Assembly: GCF_009914755.1 (NCBI RefSeq)
Contig: NC_060932.1
DNA from: the human T2T-CHM13v2.0 reference genome, Homo sapiens
Strand: one strand, 5' to 3'
DNA length: 64,000 nucleotides
In this document: positions 13,499 through 27,700 of the stretch, piece after piece
Layout: every line of letters begins with the position of its first letter
Position numbering within the stretch: position 1 is the first letter of the stretch
Made by a program: the position numbers and the translations under genes
Notes under the pieces: model-generated
What the model was told of the DNA's origin: nothing
The model's input: the letters and a program-made list of their open reading frames with translations, nothing else
The model's database searches: none

Positions 13499-15366
13499 GT
13501 GGATATTTGGATAGATTTGAGGATTTCGTTGGAAACGGGATTATATATCAAAAGTAGACAGCAGCATTCTCAGAAACTTCTTTGTGATGTTTGCATCCAG
13601 CTCTCAGAGTTGAACATTCCCTTTCATAGAGTAGGTTTGAAACCCTCTTTTTATAGTGTCTGGAAGCGGGCATTTGGAGCGCTTTCAGGCCTATGCTGAA
13701 AAAGGAAATATCTACCTATAAAAACTAGACAGAAGCATTCTGAGAATCACGTTTGTGATGTGGGTACTCAACTAACAGTGTTGATCCATTCTTTTGATAC
13801 AGCAGTTTTGAACCACACTTTTTGTAGAATCTGCAAGTGGATATTTGGATAGCTGTGAGGATTTCGTTGGAAACGGGAATGTCTTCATAGAAAATTTAGA
13901 CAGAAGCATTCTCAGAACCTTGATTGTGATGTGTGTTCTCCACTAACAGAGTTGAACCTTTCTTTTGACAGAACTGTTCTGAAACATTCTTTTTATAGAA
14001 TCTGGAAGTGGATATTTGGAAAGCTTTGAGGATTTCGTTGGAAACGGGAATATCTTCAAATAAAATCTAGCCAGAAGCATTCTAAGAAACATCTTAGGGA
14101 TGTTTACATTCAAGTCACAGAGTTGAACATTCCCTTTCACAGAGCAGGTTTGAAACAATCTTCTCGTACTATCTGGCAGTGGACATTTTGAGCTCCTTGG
14201 GGCCTATGCTGAAAAAGGAAATATCTTCCGACAAAAACTAGACAGAAGCATTCGCAGAATCACGTTTGTGATGTGTGCACTCAACTGTCAGAATTGAACC
14301 TTGGTTTGGACAGAGCACTTTTGAAACACTCTTTTTGTAGAATCTGCAGGTGGATATTTGGCTAGCTTTGAGGATTTCGTTGGAAACGGTAATGTCTTCA
14401 AAGAAAATCTAGACAGAAGCATTCTCAAAAACACCTTCGTGATGTTTGCAATCAAGTCACAGAGTTGAACCTTCCATTTCATAGAGCAGGTTGGAAACAC
14501 TCTTTTTGTAGTATCTGGAAGTGGACATTTGGAGCGCTTTCAGGCCTATGGTGAAAAAGGAAATATCTTCCCATAAAAACGACATAGAAGCTATCTCAGG
14601 AACTTGTTTATGATGCATCTAATCAACTAACAGTGTTGAACCTTTGTACTGACAGAGCAGTTTGAAACACTCTTTTTTTGGAATCTGCAAGTGGATATTT
14701 GGATCGCTTTGAGGATTTCGTTGGAAACGGGATGCAATATAAAACGTACACAGCAGCATACTCAGAAAATACTTTGCCATATTTCCATTCAAGTCACAGA
14801 GTGGAACATTCCCATTCATAGAGCAGGTTTGAAACACTCTTTTTGGAGTATCTGGAAGTGGACATTTGGAGCGCTTTCTGAACTATGGTGAAAAAGGAAA
14901 TATCTTCCAATGAAAACAAGACAGAAGCATTCTGAGAAACTTATTTGTGATGTGTGTCCTCAACAAACGGACTTGAACCTTTCGTTTCATGCAGTACTTC
15001 TGGAACACTCTTTTTGAAGATTCTGCATGCGGATATTTGGATAGCTTTGAGGATTTCGTTGGAAACGGGCTTACATGTAAAAATTAGACAGCAGCATTCT
15101 CAGAAACTTCTTTGTGGTGTCTGCATTCAAGTCACAGAATTGAACATCCCCTCACATAGAGCAGTTGTGCAGCACTCTATTTGTAGTATCTGGAAGTGGA
15201 CATTTGGAGGGCTTTGTAGCCTATCTGGAAAAAGGAAATATCTTCCCATGAATGCGAGATAGAAGTAATCTCAGAAACATGTTTATGCTGTATCTACTCA
15301 ACTAACTGTGCTGAACATTTCTATTGATAGAGCAGTTTTGAGACACTCTTCTTTTGGAATCTGCAA
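13499..15366 (+). repeat. 11-mer HOR
   Basis: Period 1868. Confidence 0.96.
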
Positions 15367-17752
15367 GTGGATATTTGGATAGATTTGAGGATTTCGTTGG
15401 AAACGGGATTATATATAAAAAGTAGACAGCAGCATTCTCAGAAACTTCTTTGTGATGTTTGCATCCAGCTCTCAGAGTTGAACATTCCCTTTCATAGAGT
15501 AGGTTTGAAACCCTCTTTTTATAGTGTCTGGAAGCGGGCATTTGGAGCGCTTTCAGGCCTATGCTGAAAAAGGAAATATCTACCTATAGAAACTAGACAG
15601 AAGCATTCTGAGAATCACGTTTGTGATGTGGGTACTCAACTAACAGTGTTGATCCATTCTTTTGATACAGCAGTTTTGAACCACACTTTTTGTAGAATCT
15701 GCAAGTGGATATTTGGATAGCTGTGAGGATTTCGTTGGAAACGGGAATGTCTTCATAGAAAATTTAGACAGAAGCATTCTCAGAACCTTGATTGTGATGT
15801 GTGTTCTCCACTAACAGAGTTGAACCTTTCTTTTGACAGAACTGTTCTGAAACATTCTTGTTATAGAATCTGGAAGTGGATATTTGGAAAGCTTTGAGGA
15901 TTTCGTTGGAAACGGGAATATCTTCAAATCAAATCTAGCCAGAAGCATTCTAAGAAACATCTTAGGGATGTTTACATTCAAGTCACAGAGTTGAACATTC
16001 CCTTTCACAGAGCAGGTTTGAAACAATCTTCTCGTACTATCTGGCAGTGGACATTTTGAGCTCCTTGGGGCCTATGCTGAAAAAGGAAATATCTTCCGAC
16101 AAAAACTAGACAGAAGCATTCGCAGAATCACGTTTCTGATGTGTGCACTCAACTGTCAGAATTGAACCTTGGTTTGGACAGAGCACTTTTGAAACACTCT
16201 TTTTGTAGAATCTGCAGGTGGATATTTGGCTAGCTTTGAGGATTTCGTTGGAAACGGTAATGTCTTCAAAGAAAATCTAGACAGAAGCATTCTCAGAAAC
16301 ACCTTCGTGATGTTTGCAATCAAGTCACAGAGTTGAACCTTCCGTTTCATAGAGCAGGTTGGAAACACTCTTTTTGTAGTATCTGGAAGTGGACATTTGG
16401 AGGGCTTTGTAGCCTATGTGGAAAAAGGAAATATCTTCCCATGAATGCGAGATAGAAGTAATCTCAGAAACATGTTTATGCTGTATCTACTCAACTAACT
16501 GTGCTGAACATTTCTATTGATAGAGCAGTTTTGAGACACTCTTCTTTTGGAATCTGCAAGTGGATATTTGGATAGATTTGAGGATTTCGTTGGAAACGGG
16601 ATTATATATAAAAAGTAGACAGCAGCATTCTCAGAAACTTCTTTGTGATGTTTGCATCCAGCTCTCAGAGTTGAACATTCCCTTTCATAGAGTAGGTTTG
16701 AAACCCTCTTTTTATAGTGTCTGGAAGCGGGCATTTGGAGCGCTTTCAGGCCTATGCTGAAAAAGGAAATATCTACCTATAGAAACTAGACAGAAGCATT
16801 CTGAGAATCACGTTTGTGATGTGGGTACTCAACTAACAGTGTTGATCCATTCTTTTGATACAGCAGTTTTGAACCACACTTTTTGTAGAATCTGCAAGTG
16901 GATATTTGGATAGCTGTGAGGATTTCGTTGGAAACGGGAATGTCTTCATAGAAAATTTAGACAGAAGCATTCTCAGAACCTTGATTGTGATGTGTGTTCT
17001 CCACTAACAGAGTTGAACCTTTCTTTTGACAGAACTGTTCTGAAACATTCTTGTTATAGAATCTGGAAGTGGATATTTGGAAAGCTTTGAGGATTTCGTT
17101 GGAAACGGGAATATCTTCAAATAAAATCTAGCCAGAAGCATTCTAAGAAACATCTTAGGGATGTTTACATTCAAGTCACAGAGTTGAACATTCCCTTTCA
17201 CAGAGCAGGTTTGAAACAATCTTCTCGTACTATCTGGCAGTGGACATTTTGAGCTCCTTGGGGCCTATGCTGAAAAAGGAAATATCTTCCGACAAAAACT
17301 AGACAGAAGCATTCGCAGAATCACGTTTGTGATGTGTGCACTCAACTGTCAGAATTGAACCTTGGTTTGGACAGAGCACTTTTGAAACACTCTTTTTGTA
17401 GAATCTGCAGGTGGATATTTGGCTAGCTTTGAGGATTTCGTTGGAAACGGTAATGTCTTCAAAGAAAATCTAGACAGAAGCATTCTCAGAAACACCTTCG
17501 TGATGTTTGCAATCAAGTCACAGAGTTGAACCTTCCGTTTCATAGAGCAGGTTGGAAACACTCTTTTTGTAGTATCTGGAAGTGGACATTTGGAGGGCTT
17601 TGTAGCCTATGTGGAAAAAGGAAATATCTTCCCATGAATGCGAGATAGAAGTAATCTCAGAAACATGTTTATGCTGTATCTACTCAACTAACTGTGCTGA
17701 ACATTTCTATTGATAGAGCAGTTTTGAGACACTCTTCTTTTGGAATCTGCAA
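15367..17752 (+). repeat. Two 7-mer HORs
   Basis: 2 x 1193. Confidence 0.96.
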
Positions 17753-20463
17753 GTGGATATTTGGATAGATTTGAGGATTTCGTTGGAAACGGGATTATAT
17801 ATAAAAAGTAGACAGCAGCATTCTCAGAAACTTCTTTGTGATGTTTGCATCCAGCTCTCAGAGTTGAACATTCCCTTTCATAGAGTAGGTTTGAAACCCT
17901 CTTTTTATAGTGTCTGGAAGCGGGCATTTGGAGCGCTTTCAGGCCTATGCTTAAAATAGGAAATATCTACCTACAGAAACTAGACAGAAGCATTCTGAGA
18001 ATCACGTTTGTGATGTGGGTACTCAACTAACAGTGTTGATCCATTCTTTTGATACAGCAGTTTTGAACCACACTTTTTGTAGAATCTGCAAGAGGATATT
18101 TGGATAGCTGTGAGGATTTCGTTGGAAACGGGAATGTCTTCAAAGAAAATCTAGACAGAAGCATTCTCAGAAACACCTTCGTGATGTTTGCAATCAAGTC
18201 ACAGAGTTGAACCTTCCGTTTCATAGAGCAGGTTGGAAACACTCTTATTGTAGTATCTGGAAGTGGACATTTGGAGCGCTTTCAGGCCTATGGTGAAAAA
18301 GGAAATATCTTCCCATAAAAACGACATAGAAGCTATCTCAGGAACTTGTTTATGATGCATCTAATCAACTAACAGTGTTGAACCTTTGTACTGACAGAGC
18401 AGTTTGAAACACTCTTTTTTTGGAATCTGCAAGTGGATATTTGGATCGCTTTGAGGATTTCGTTGGAAACGGGATGCAATATAAAACGTACACAGCAGCA
18501 TACTCAGAAAATACTTTGCCATATTTCCATTCAAGTCACAGAGTGGAACATTCCCATTCATAGAGCAGGTTGGAAACACTCTTTTTGGAGTATCTGGAAG
18601 TGGACATTTGGAGCGCTTTCTGAACTATGGTGAAAAAGGAAATATCTTCCAATGAAAACAAGACAGAAGCATTCTGAGAAACTTATTTGTGATGTGTGTC
18701 CTCAACAAACGGACTTGAACCTTTCGTTTCATGCAGTACTTCTGGAACACTCTTTTTGAAGATTCTGCATGCGGATATTTGGATAGCTTTGAGGATTTCG
18801 TTGGAAACGGTCTTACATGTAAAAATTAGACAGCAGCATTCTCAGAAACTTCTTGTGGTGTCTGCATTCAAGTCACAGAATTGAACTTCCCCTCACATAG
18901 AGCAGTTGTGCAGCACTCTATTTGTAGTATCTGGAAGTGGACATTTGGAGGGCTTTGTAGCCTATCTGGAAAAAGGAAATATCTTCCCATGAATGCGAGA
19001 TAGAAGTAATCTGAGAAACATGTTTATGCTGTATCTACTCAACTAACTGTGCTGAACATTTCTATTGATAGAGCAGTTTTGAGACACTCTTCTTTTGGAA
19101 TCTGCAAGTGGATATTTGGATAGATTTGAGGATTTCGTTGGAAACGGGATTATATATAAAAAGTAGACAGCAGCATTCTCAGAAACTTCTTTGTGATGTT
19201 TGCATCCAGCTCTCAGAGTTGAACATTCCCTTTCATAGAGTAGGTTTGAAACCCTCTTTTTATAGTGTCTCGAAGCGGGCATTTGGAGCGCTTTCAGGCC
19301 TATGCTTAAAATAGGAAATATCTACCTACAGAAACTAGACAGAAGCATTCTGAGAATCACGTTTGTGATGTGGGTACTCAACTAACAGTGTTGATCCATT
19401 CTTTTGATACAGCAGTTTTGAACCACACTTTTTGTAGAATCTGCAAGAGGATATTTGGATAGCTGTGAGGATTTCGTTGGAAACGGGAATGTCTTCAAAG
19501 AAAATCTAGACAGAAGCATTCTCAGAAACACCTTCATGATGTTTGCAATCAAGTCACAGAGTTGAACCTTCCGTTTCATAGAGCAGGTTGGAAACACTCT
19601 TTTTGTAGTATCTGGAAGTGGACATTTGGAGCGCTTTCAGGCCTATGGTGAAAAAGGAAATATCTTCCCATAAAAACGACATAGAAGCTATCTCAGGAAC
19701 TTGTTTATGATGCATCTAATCAACTAACAGTGTTGAACCTTTGTACTGACAGAGCAGTTTGAAACACTCTTTTTTTGGAATCTGCAAGTGGATATTTGGA
19801 TCGCTTTGAGGATTTCGTTGGAAACGGGATGCAATATAAAACGTACACAGCAGCATACTCAGAAAATACTTTGCCATATTTCCATTCAAGTCACAGAGTG
19901 GAACATTCCCATTCATAGAGCAGGTTTGAAACACTCTTTTTGGAGTATCTGGAAGTGGACATTTGGAGCGCTTTCTGAACTATGGTGAAAAAGGAAATAT
20001 CTTCCAATGAAAACAAGACAGAAGCATTCTGAGAAACTTATTTGTGATGTGTGTCCTCAACAAACGGACTTGAACCTTTCGTTTCATGCAGTACTTCTGG
20101 AACACTCTTTTTGAAGATTCTGCATGTGGATATTTGGATAGCTTTGAGGATTTCGTTGGAAACGGGCTTACATGTAAAAATTAGACAGCAGCATTCTCAG
20201 AAACTTCTTTGTGGTGTCTGCATTCAAGTCACAGAATTGAACATCCCCTCACATAGAGCAGTTGTGCAGCACTCTATTTGTAGTATCTGGAAGTGGACAT
20301 TTGGAGGGCTTTGTAGCCTATCTGGAAAAAGGAAATATCTTCCCATGAATGCGAGATAGAAGTAATCTCAGAAACATGTTTATGCTGTATCTACTCAACT
20401 AACTGTGCTGAACATTTCTATTGATAGAGCAGTTTTGAGACACTCTTCTTTTGGAATCTGCAA
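17753..20463 (+). repeat. Two 8-mer HORs (1355 + 1356 bp)
   Basis: Lack the 513-bp three-monomer block; carry the GCTTAAAATAGGAAAT signature. Confidence 0.96.
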
Positions 20464-22849
20464 GTGGATATTTGGATAGATTTGAGGATTTCGTTGGAAA
20501 CGGGATTATATATCAAAAGTAGACAGCAGCATTCTCAGAAACTTCTTTGTGATGTTTGCATCCAGCTCTCAGAGTTGAACATTCCCTTTCATAGAGTAGG
20601 TTTGAAACCCTCTTTTTATAGTGTCTGGAAGTGGGCATTTGGAGCGCTTTCAGGCCTATGCTGAAAAAGGAAATATCTACCTATAGAAACTAGACAGAAG
20701 CATTCTGAGAATCACGATTGTGATGTGGGTACTCAACTAACAGTGTTGATCCATTCTTTTGATACAGCAGTTTTGAACCACACTTTTTGTAGAATCTGCA
20801 AGTGGATGTTTGGATAGCTGTGAGGATTTCGTTGGAAACGGGAATGTCTTCATAGAAAATTTAGACAGAAGCATTCTCAGAACCTTGATTGTGATGTGTG
20901 TTCTCCACTAACAGAGTTGAACCTTTCTTTTGACAGAACTGTTCTGAAACATTCTTTTTATAGAATCTGGAAGTGGATATTTGGAAAGCTTTGAGGATTT
21001 CGTTGGAAACGGGAATATCTTCAAATCAAATCTAGCCAGAAGCATTCTAAGAAACATCTTAGGGATGTTTACATTCAAGTCACAGAGTTGAACATTCCCT
21101 TTCACAGAGCAGGTTTGAAACAATCTTCTCGTACTATCTGGCAGTGGACATTTTGAGCTCCTTGGGGCCTATGCTGAAAAAGGAAATATCTTCCGACAAA
21201 AACTAGACAGAAGCATTCGCAGAATCACGTTTGTGATGTGTGCACTCAACTGTCAGAATTGAACCTTGGTTTGGACAGAGCACTTTTGAAACACTCTTTT
21301 TGTAGAATCTGCAGGTGGATATTTGGCTAGCTTTGAGGATTTCGTTGGAAACGGTAATGTCTTCAAAGAAAATCTAGACAGAAGCATTCTCAGAAACACC
21401 TTCGTGATGTTTGCAATCAAGTCACAGAGTTGAACCTTCCGTTTCATAGAGCAGGTTGGAAACACTCTTTTTGTAGTATCTGGAAGTGGACATTTGGAGG
21501 GCTTTGTAGCCTATCTGGAAAAAGGAAATATCTTCCCATGAATGCGAGATAGAAGTAATCTCAGAAACATGTTTATGCTGTATCTACTCAACTAACTGTG
21601 CTGAACATTTCTATTGATAGAGCAGTTTTGAGACACTCTTCTTTTGGAATCTGCAAGTGGATATTTGGATAGATTTGAGGATTTCGTTGGAAACGGGATT
21701 ATATATAAAAAGTAGACAGCAGCATTCTCAGAAACTTCTTTGTGATGTTTGCATCCAGCTCTCAGAGTTGAACATTCCCTTTCATAGAGTAGGTTTGAAA
21801 CCCTCTTTTTATAGTGTCTGGAAGCGGGCATTTGGAGCGCTTTCAGGCCTATGCTGAAAAAGGAAATATCTACCTATAGAAACTAGACAGAAGCATTCTG
21901 AGAATCACGTTTGTGATGTGGGTACTCAACTAACAGTGTTGATCCATTCTTTTGATACAGCAGTTTTGAACCACACTTTTTGTAGAATCTGCAAGTGGAT
22001 ATTTGGATAGCTGTGAGGATTTCGTTGGAAACGGGAATGTCTTCATAGAAAATTTAGACAGAAGCATTCTCAGAACCTTGATTGTGATGTGTGTTCTCCA
22101 CTAACAGAGTTGAACCTTTCTTTTGACAGAACTGTTCTGAAACATTCTTTTTATAGAATCTGGAAGTGGATATTTGGAAAGCTTTGAGGATTTCGTTGGA
22201 AACGGGAATATCTTCAAATAAAATCTAGCCAGAAGCATTCTAAGAAACATCTTAGGGATGTTTACATTCAAGTCACAGAGTTGAACATTCCCTTTCACAG
22301 AGCAGGTTTGAAACAATCTTCTCGTACTATCTGGCAGTGGACATTTTGAGCTCCTTGGGGCCTATGCTGAAAAAGGAAATATCTTCCGACAAAAACTAGA
22401 CAGAAGCATTCGCAGAATCACGTTTGTGATGTGTGCACTCAACTGTCAGAATTGAACCTTGGTTTGGACAGAGCACTTTTGAAACACTCTTTTTGTAGAA
22501 TCTGCAGGTGGATATTTGGCTAGCTTTGAGGATTTCGTTGGAAACGGTAATGTCTTCAAAGAAAATCTAGACAGAAGCATTCTCAGAAACACCTTCGTGA
22601 TGTTTGCAATCAAGTCACAGAGTTGAACCTTCCGTTTCATAGAGCAGGTTGGAAACACTCTTTTTGTAGTATCTGGAAGTGGACATTTGGAGGGCTTTGT
22701 AGCCTATCTGGAAAAAGGAAATATCTTCCCATGAATGCGAGATAGAAGTAATCTCAGAAACATGTTTATGCTGTATCTACTCAACTAACTGTGCTGAACA
22801 TTTCTATTGATAGAGCAGTTTTGAGACACTCTTCTTTTGGAATCTGCAA
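20464..22849 (+). repeat. Two 7-mer HORs
   Basis: 2 x 1193. Confidence 0.96.
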
Positions 22850-24717
22850 GTGGATATTTGGATAGATTTGAGGATTTCGTTGGAAACGGGATTATATATA
22901 AAAAGTAGACAGCAGCATTCTCAGAAACTTCTTTGTGATGTTTGCATCCAGCTCTCAGAGTTGAACATTCCCTTTCATAGAGTAGGTTTGAAACCCTCTT
23001 TTTATAGTGTCTGGAAGCGGGCATTTGGAGCGCTTTCAGGCCTATGCTGAAAAAGGAAATATCTACCTATAGAAACTAGACAGAAGCATTCTGAGAATCA
23101 CGTTTGTGATGTGGGTACTCAACTAACAGTGTTGATCCATTCTTTTGATACAGCAGTTTTGAACCACACTTTTTGTAGAATCTGCAAGTGGATATTTGGA
23201 TAGCTGTGAGGATTTCGTTGGAAACGGGAATGTCTTCATAGAAAATTTAGACAGAAGCATTCTCAGAACCTTGATTGTGATGTGTGTTCTCCACTAACAG
23301 AGTTGAACCTTTCTTTTGACAGAACTGTTCTGAAACATTCTTTTTATAGAATCTGGAAGTGGATATTTGGAAAGCTTTGAGGATTTCGTTGGAAACGGGA
23401 ATATCTTCAAATCAAATCTAGCCAGAAGCATTCTAAGAAACATCTTAGGGATGTTTACATTCAAGTCACAGAGTTGAACATTCCCTTTCACAGAGCAGGT
23501 TTGAAACAATCTTCTCGTACTATCTGGCAGTGGACATTTTGAGCTCCTTGGGGCCTATGCTGAAAAAGGAAATATCTTCCGACAAAAACTAGACAGAAGC
23601 ATTCGCAGAATCACGTTTGTGATGTGTGCACTCAACTGTCAGAATTGAACCTTGGTTTGGACAGAGCACTTTTGAAACACTCTTTTTGTAGAATCTGCAG
23701 GTGGATATTTGGCTAGCTTTGAGGATTTCGTTGGAAACGGTAATGTCTTCAAAGAAAATCTAGACAGAAGCATTCTCAGAAACACCTTCGTGATGTTTGC
23801 AATCAAGTCACAGAGTTGAACCTTCCGTTTCATAGAGCAGGTTGGAAACACTCTTTTTGTAGTATCTGGAAGTGGACATTTGGAGCGCTTTCAGGCCTAT
23901 GGTGAAAAAGGAAATATCTTCCCATAAAAACGACATAGAAGCTATCTCAGGAACTTGTTTATGATGCATCTAATCAACTAACAGTGTTGAACCTTTGTAC
24001 TGACAGAGCAGTTTGAAACACTCTTTTTTTGGAATCTGCAAGTGGATATTTGGATCGCTTTGAGGATTTCGTTGGAAACGGGATGCAATATAAAACGTAC
24101 ACAGCAGCATACTCAGAAAATACTTTGCCATATTTCCATTCAAGTCACAGAGTGGAACATTCCCATTCATAGAGCAGGTTTGAAACACTCTTTTTGGAGT
24201 ATCTGGAAGTGGACATTTGGAGCGCTTTCTGAACTATGGTGAAAAAGGAAATATCTTCCAATGAAAACAAGACAGAAGCATTCTGAGAAACTTATTTGTG
24301 ATGTGTGTCCTCAACAAACGGACTTGAACCTTTCGTTTCATGCAGTACTTCTGGAACACTCTTTTTGAAGATTCTGCATGCGGATATTTGGATAGCTTTG
24401 AGGATCTCGTTGGAAACGGGCTTACATGTAAAAATTAGACAGCAGCATTCTCAGAAACTTCTTTGTGGTGTCTGCATTCAAGTCACAGAATTGAACATCC
24501 CCTCACATAGAGCAGTTGTGCAGCACTCTATTTGTAGTATCTGGAAGTGGACATTTGGAGGGCTTTGTAGCCTATCTGGAAAAAGGAAATATCTTCCCAT
24601 GAATGCGAGATAGAAGTAATCTCAGAAACATGTTTATGCTGTATCTACTCAACTAACTGTGCTGAACATTTCTATTGATAGAGCAGTTTTGAGACACTCT
24701 TCTTTTGGAATCTGCAA
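22850..24717 (+). repeat. 11-mer HOR
   Basis: Period 1868. Confidence 0.96.
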
Positions 24718-27700
24718 GTGGATATTTGGATAGATTTGAGGATTTCGTTGGAAACGGGATTATATATAAAAAGTAGACAGCAGCATTCTCAGAAACTTCT
24801 TTGTGATGTTTGCATCCAGCTCTCAGAGTTGAACATTCCCTTTCATAGAGTAGGTTTGAAACCCTCTTTTTATAGTGTCTGGAAGTGGGCATTTGGAGCG
24901 CTTTCAGGCCTATGCTGAAAAAGGAAATATCTACCTATAGAAACTAGACAGAAGCATTCTGAGAATCACGTTTGTGATGTGGGTACTCAACTAACAGTGT
25001 TGATCCATTCTTTTGATACAGAAGTTTTGAACCACACTTTTTGTAGAATCTGCAAGTGGATATTTGGATAGCTGTGAGGATTTCGTTGGAAACGGGAATG
25101 TCTTCATAGAAAATTTAGACAGAAGCATTCTCAGAACCTTGATTGTGATGTGTGTTCTCCACTAACAGAGTTGAACCTTTCTTTTGACAGAACTGTTCTG
25201 AAACATTCTTTTTATAGAATCTGGAAGTGGATATTTGGAAAGCTTTGAGGATTTCGTTGGAAACGGGAATATCTTCAAATCAAATCTAGCCAGAAGCATT
25301 CTAAGAAACATCTTAGGGATGTTTACATTCAAGTCACAGAGTTGAACATTCCCTTTCACAGAGCAGGTTTGAAACAATCTTCTCGTACTATCTGGCAGTG
25401 GACATTTTGAGCTCCTTGGGGCCTATGCTGAAAAAGGAAATATCTTCCGAAAAAAACTAGACAGAAGCATTCGCAGAATCACGTTTGTGATGTGTGCACT
25501 CAACTGTCAGAATTGAACCTTGGTTTGGACAGAGCACTTTTGAAACACTCTTTTTGTAGAATCTGCAGGTGGATATTTGGCTAGCTTTGAGGATTTCGTT
25601 GGAAACGGTAATGTCTTCAAAGAAAATCTAGACAGAAGCATTCTCAGAAACACCTTCGTGATGTTTGCAATCAAGTCACAGAGTTGAACCTTCCGTTTCA
25701 TAGAGCAGGTTGGAAACACTCTTTTTGTAGTATCTGGAAGTGGACATTTGGAGGGCTTTGTAGCCTATCTGGAAAAAGGAAATATCTTCCCATGAATGCG
25801 AGATAGAAGTAATCTCAGAAACATGTTTATGCTGTATCTACTCAACTAACTGTGCTGAACATTTCTATTGATAGAGCAGTTTTGAGACACTCTTCTTTTG
25901 GAATCTGCAAGTGGATATTTGGATAGATTTGAGGATTTCGTTGGAAACGGGATTATATATCAAAAGTAGACAGCAGCATTCTCAGAAACTTCTTTGTGAT
26001 GTTTGCATCCAGCTCTCAGAGTTGAACATTCCCTTTCATAGAGTAGGTTTGAAACCCTCTTTTTATAGTGTCTGGAAGCGGGCATTTGGAGCGCTTTCAG
26101 GCCTATGCTGAAAAAGGAAATATCTACCTATAGAAACTAGACAGAAGCATTCTGAGAATCACGTTTGTGATGTGGGTACTCAACTAACAGTGTTGATCCA
26201 TTCTTTTGATACAGCAGTTTTGAACCACACTTTTTGTAGAATCTGCAAGTGGATATTTGGATAGCTGTGAGGATTTCGTTGGAAACGGGAATGTCTTCAT
26301 AGAAAATTTAGACAGAAGGATTCTCAGAACCTTGATTGTGATGTGTGTTCTCCACTAACAGAGTTGAACCTTTCTTTTGACAGAACTGTTCTGAAACATT
26401 CTTTTTATAGAATCTGGAAGTGGATATTTGGAAAGCTTTGAGGATTTCGTTGGAAACGGGAATATCTTCAAATCAAATCTAGCCAGAAGCATTCTAAGAA
26501 ACATCTTAGGGATGTTTACATTCAAGTCACAGAGTTGAACATTCCCTTTCACAGAGCAGGTTTGAAACAATCTTCTCATACTATCTGGCAGTGGACATTT
26601 TGAGCTCCTTGGGGCCTATGCTGAAAAAGGAAATATCTTCCGACAAAAACTAGACAGAAGCATTCGCAGAATCACGTTTGTGATGTGTGCACTCAACTGT
26701 CAGAATTGAACCTTGGTTTGGACAGAGCACTTTTGAAACACTCTTTTTGTAGAATCTGCAGGTGGATATTTGGCTAGCTTTGAGGATTTCGTTGGAAACG
26801 GTAATGTCTTCAAAGAAAATCTAGACAGAAGCATTCTCAGAAACACCTTCGTGATGTTTGCAATCAAGTCACAGAGTTGAACCTTCCGTTTCATAGAGCA
26901 GGTTGGAAACACTCTTTTTGTAGTATCTGGAAGTGGACATTTGGAGGGCTTTGTAGCCTATGTGGAAAAAGGAAATATCTTCCCATGAATGCGAGATAGA
27001 AGTAATCTCAGAAACATGTTTATGCTGTATCTACTCAACTAACTGTGCTGAACATTTCTATTGATAGAGCAGTTTTGAGACACTCTTCTTTTGGAATCTG
27101 CAAGTGGATATTTGGATAGATTTGAGGATTTCGTTGGAAACGGGATTATATATCAAAAGTAGACAGCAGCATTCTCAGAAACTTCTTTGTGATGTTTGCA
27201 TCCAGCTCTCAGAGTTGAACATTCCCTTTCATAGAGTAGGTTTGAAACCCTCTTTTTATAGTGTCTGGAAGCGGGCATTTGGAGCGCTTTCAGGCCTATG
27301 CTGAAAAAGGAAATATCTACCTATAGAAACTAGACAGAAGCATTCTGAGAATCACGTTTGTGATGTGGGTACTCAACTAACAGTGTTGATCCGTTCTTTT
27401 GATACAGCAGTTTTGAACCACACTTTTTGTAGAATCTGCAAGTGGATATTTGGATAGCTGTGAGGATTTCGTTGGAAACGGGAATGTCTTCATAGAAAAT
27501 TTAGACAGAAGCATTCTCAGAACCTTGATTGTGATGTGTGTTCTCCACTAACAGAGTTGAACCTTTCTTTTGACAGAACTGTTCTGAAACATTCTTTTTA
27601 TAGAATCTGGAAGTGGATATTTGGAAAGCTTTGAGGATTTCGTTGGAAACGGGAATATCTTCAAATAAAATCTAGCCAGAAGCATTCTAAGAAACATCTT

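Noticed and set aside
15409-15422. TATATAAAAA as a TATA-box promoter (created by a C/A polymorphism)
   Set aside because: Expected by chance in AT-rich satellite, with no downstream gene or transcript evidence.
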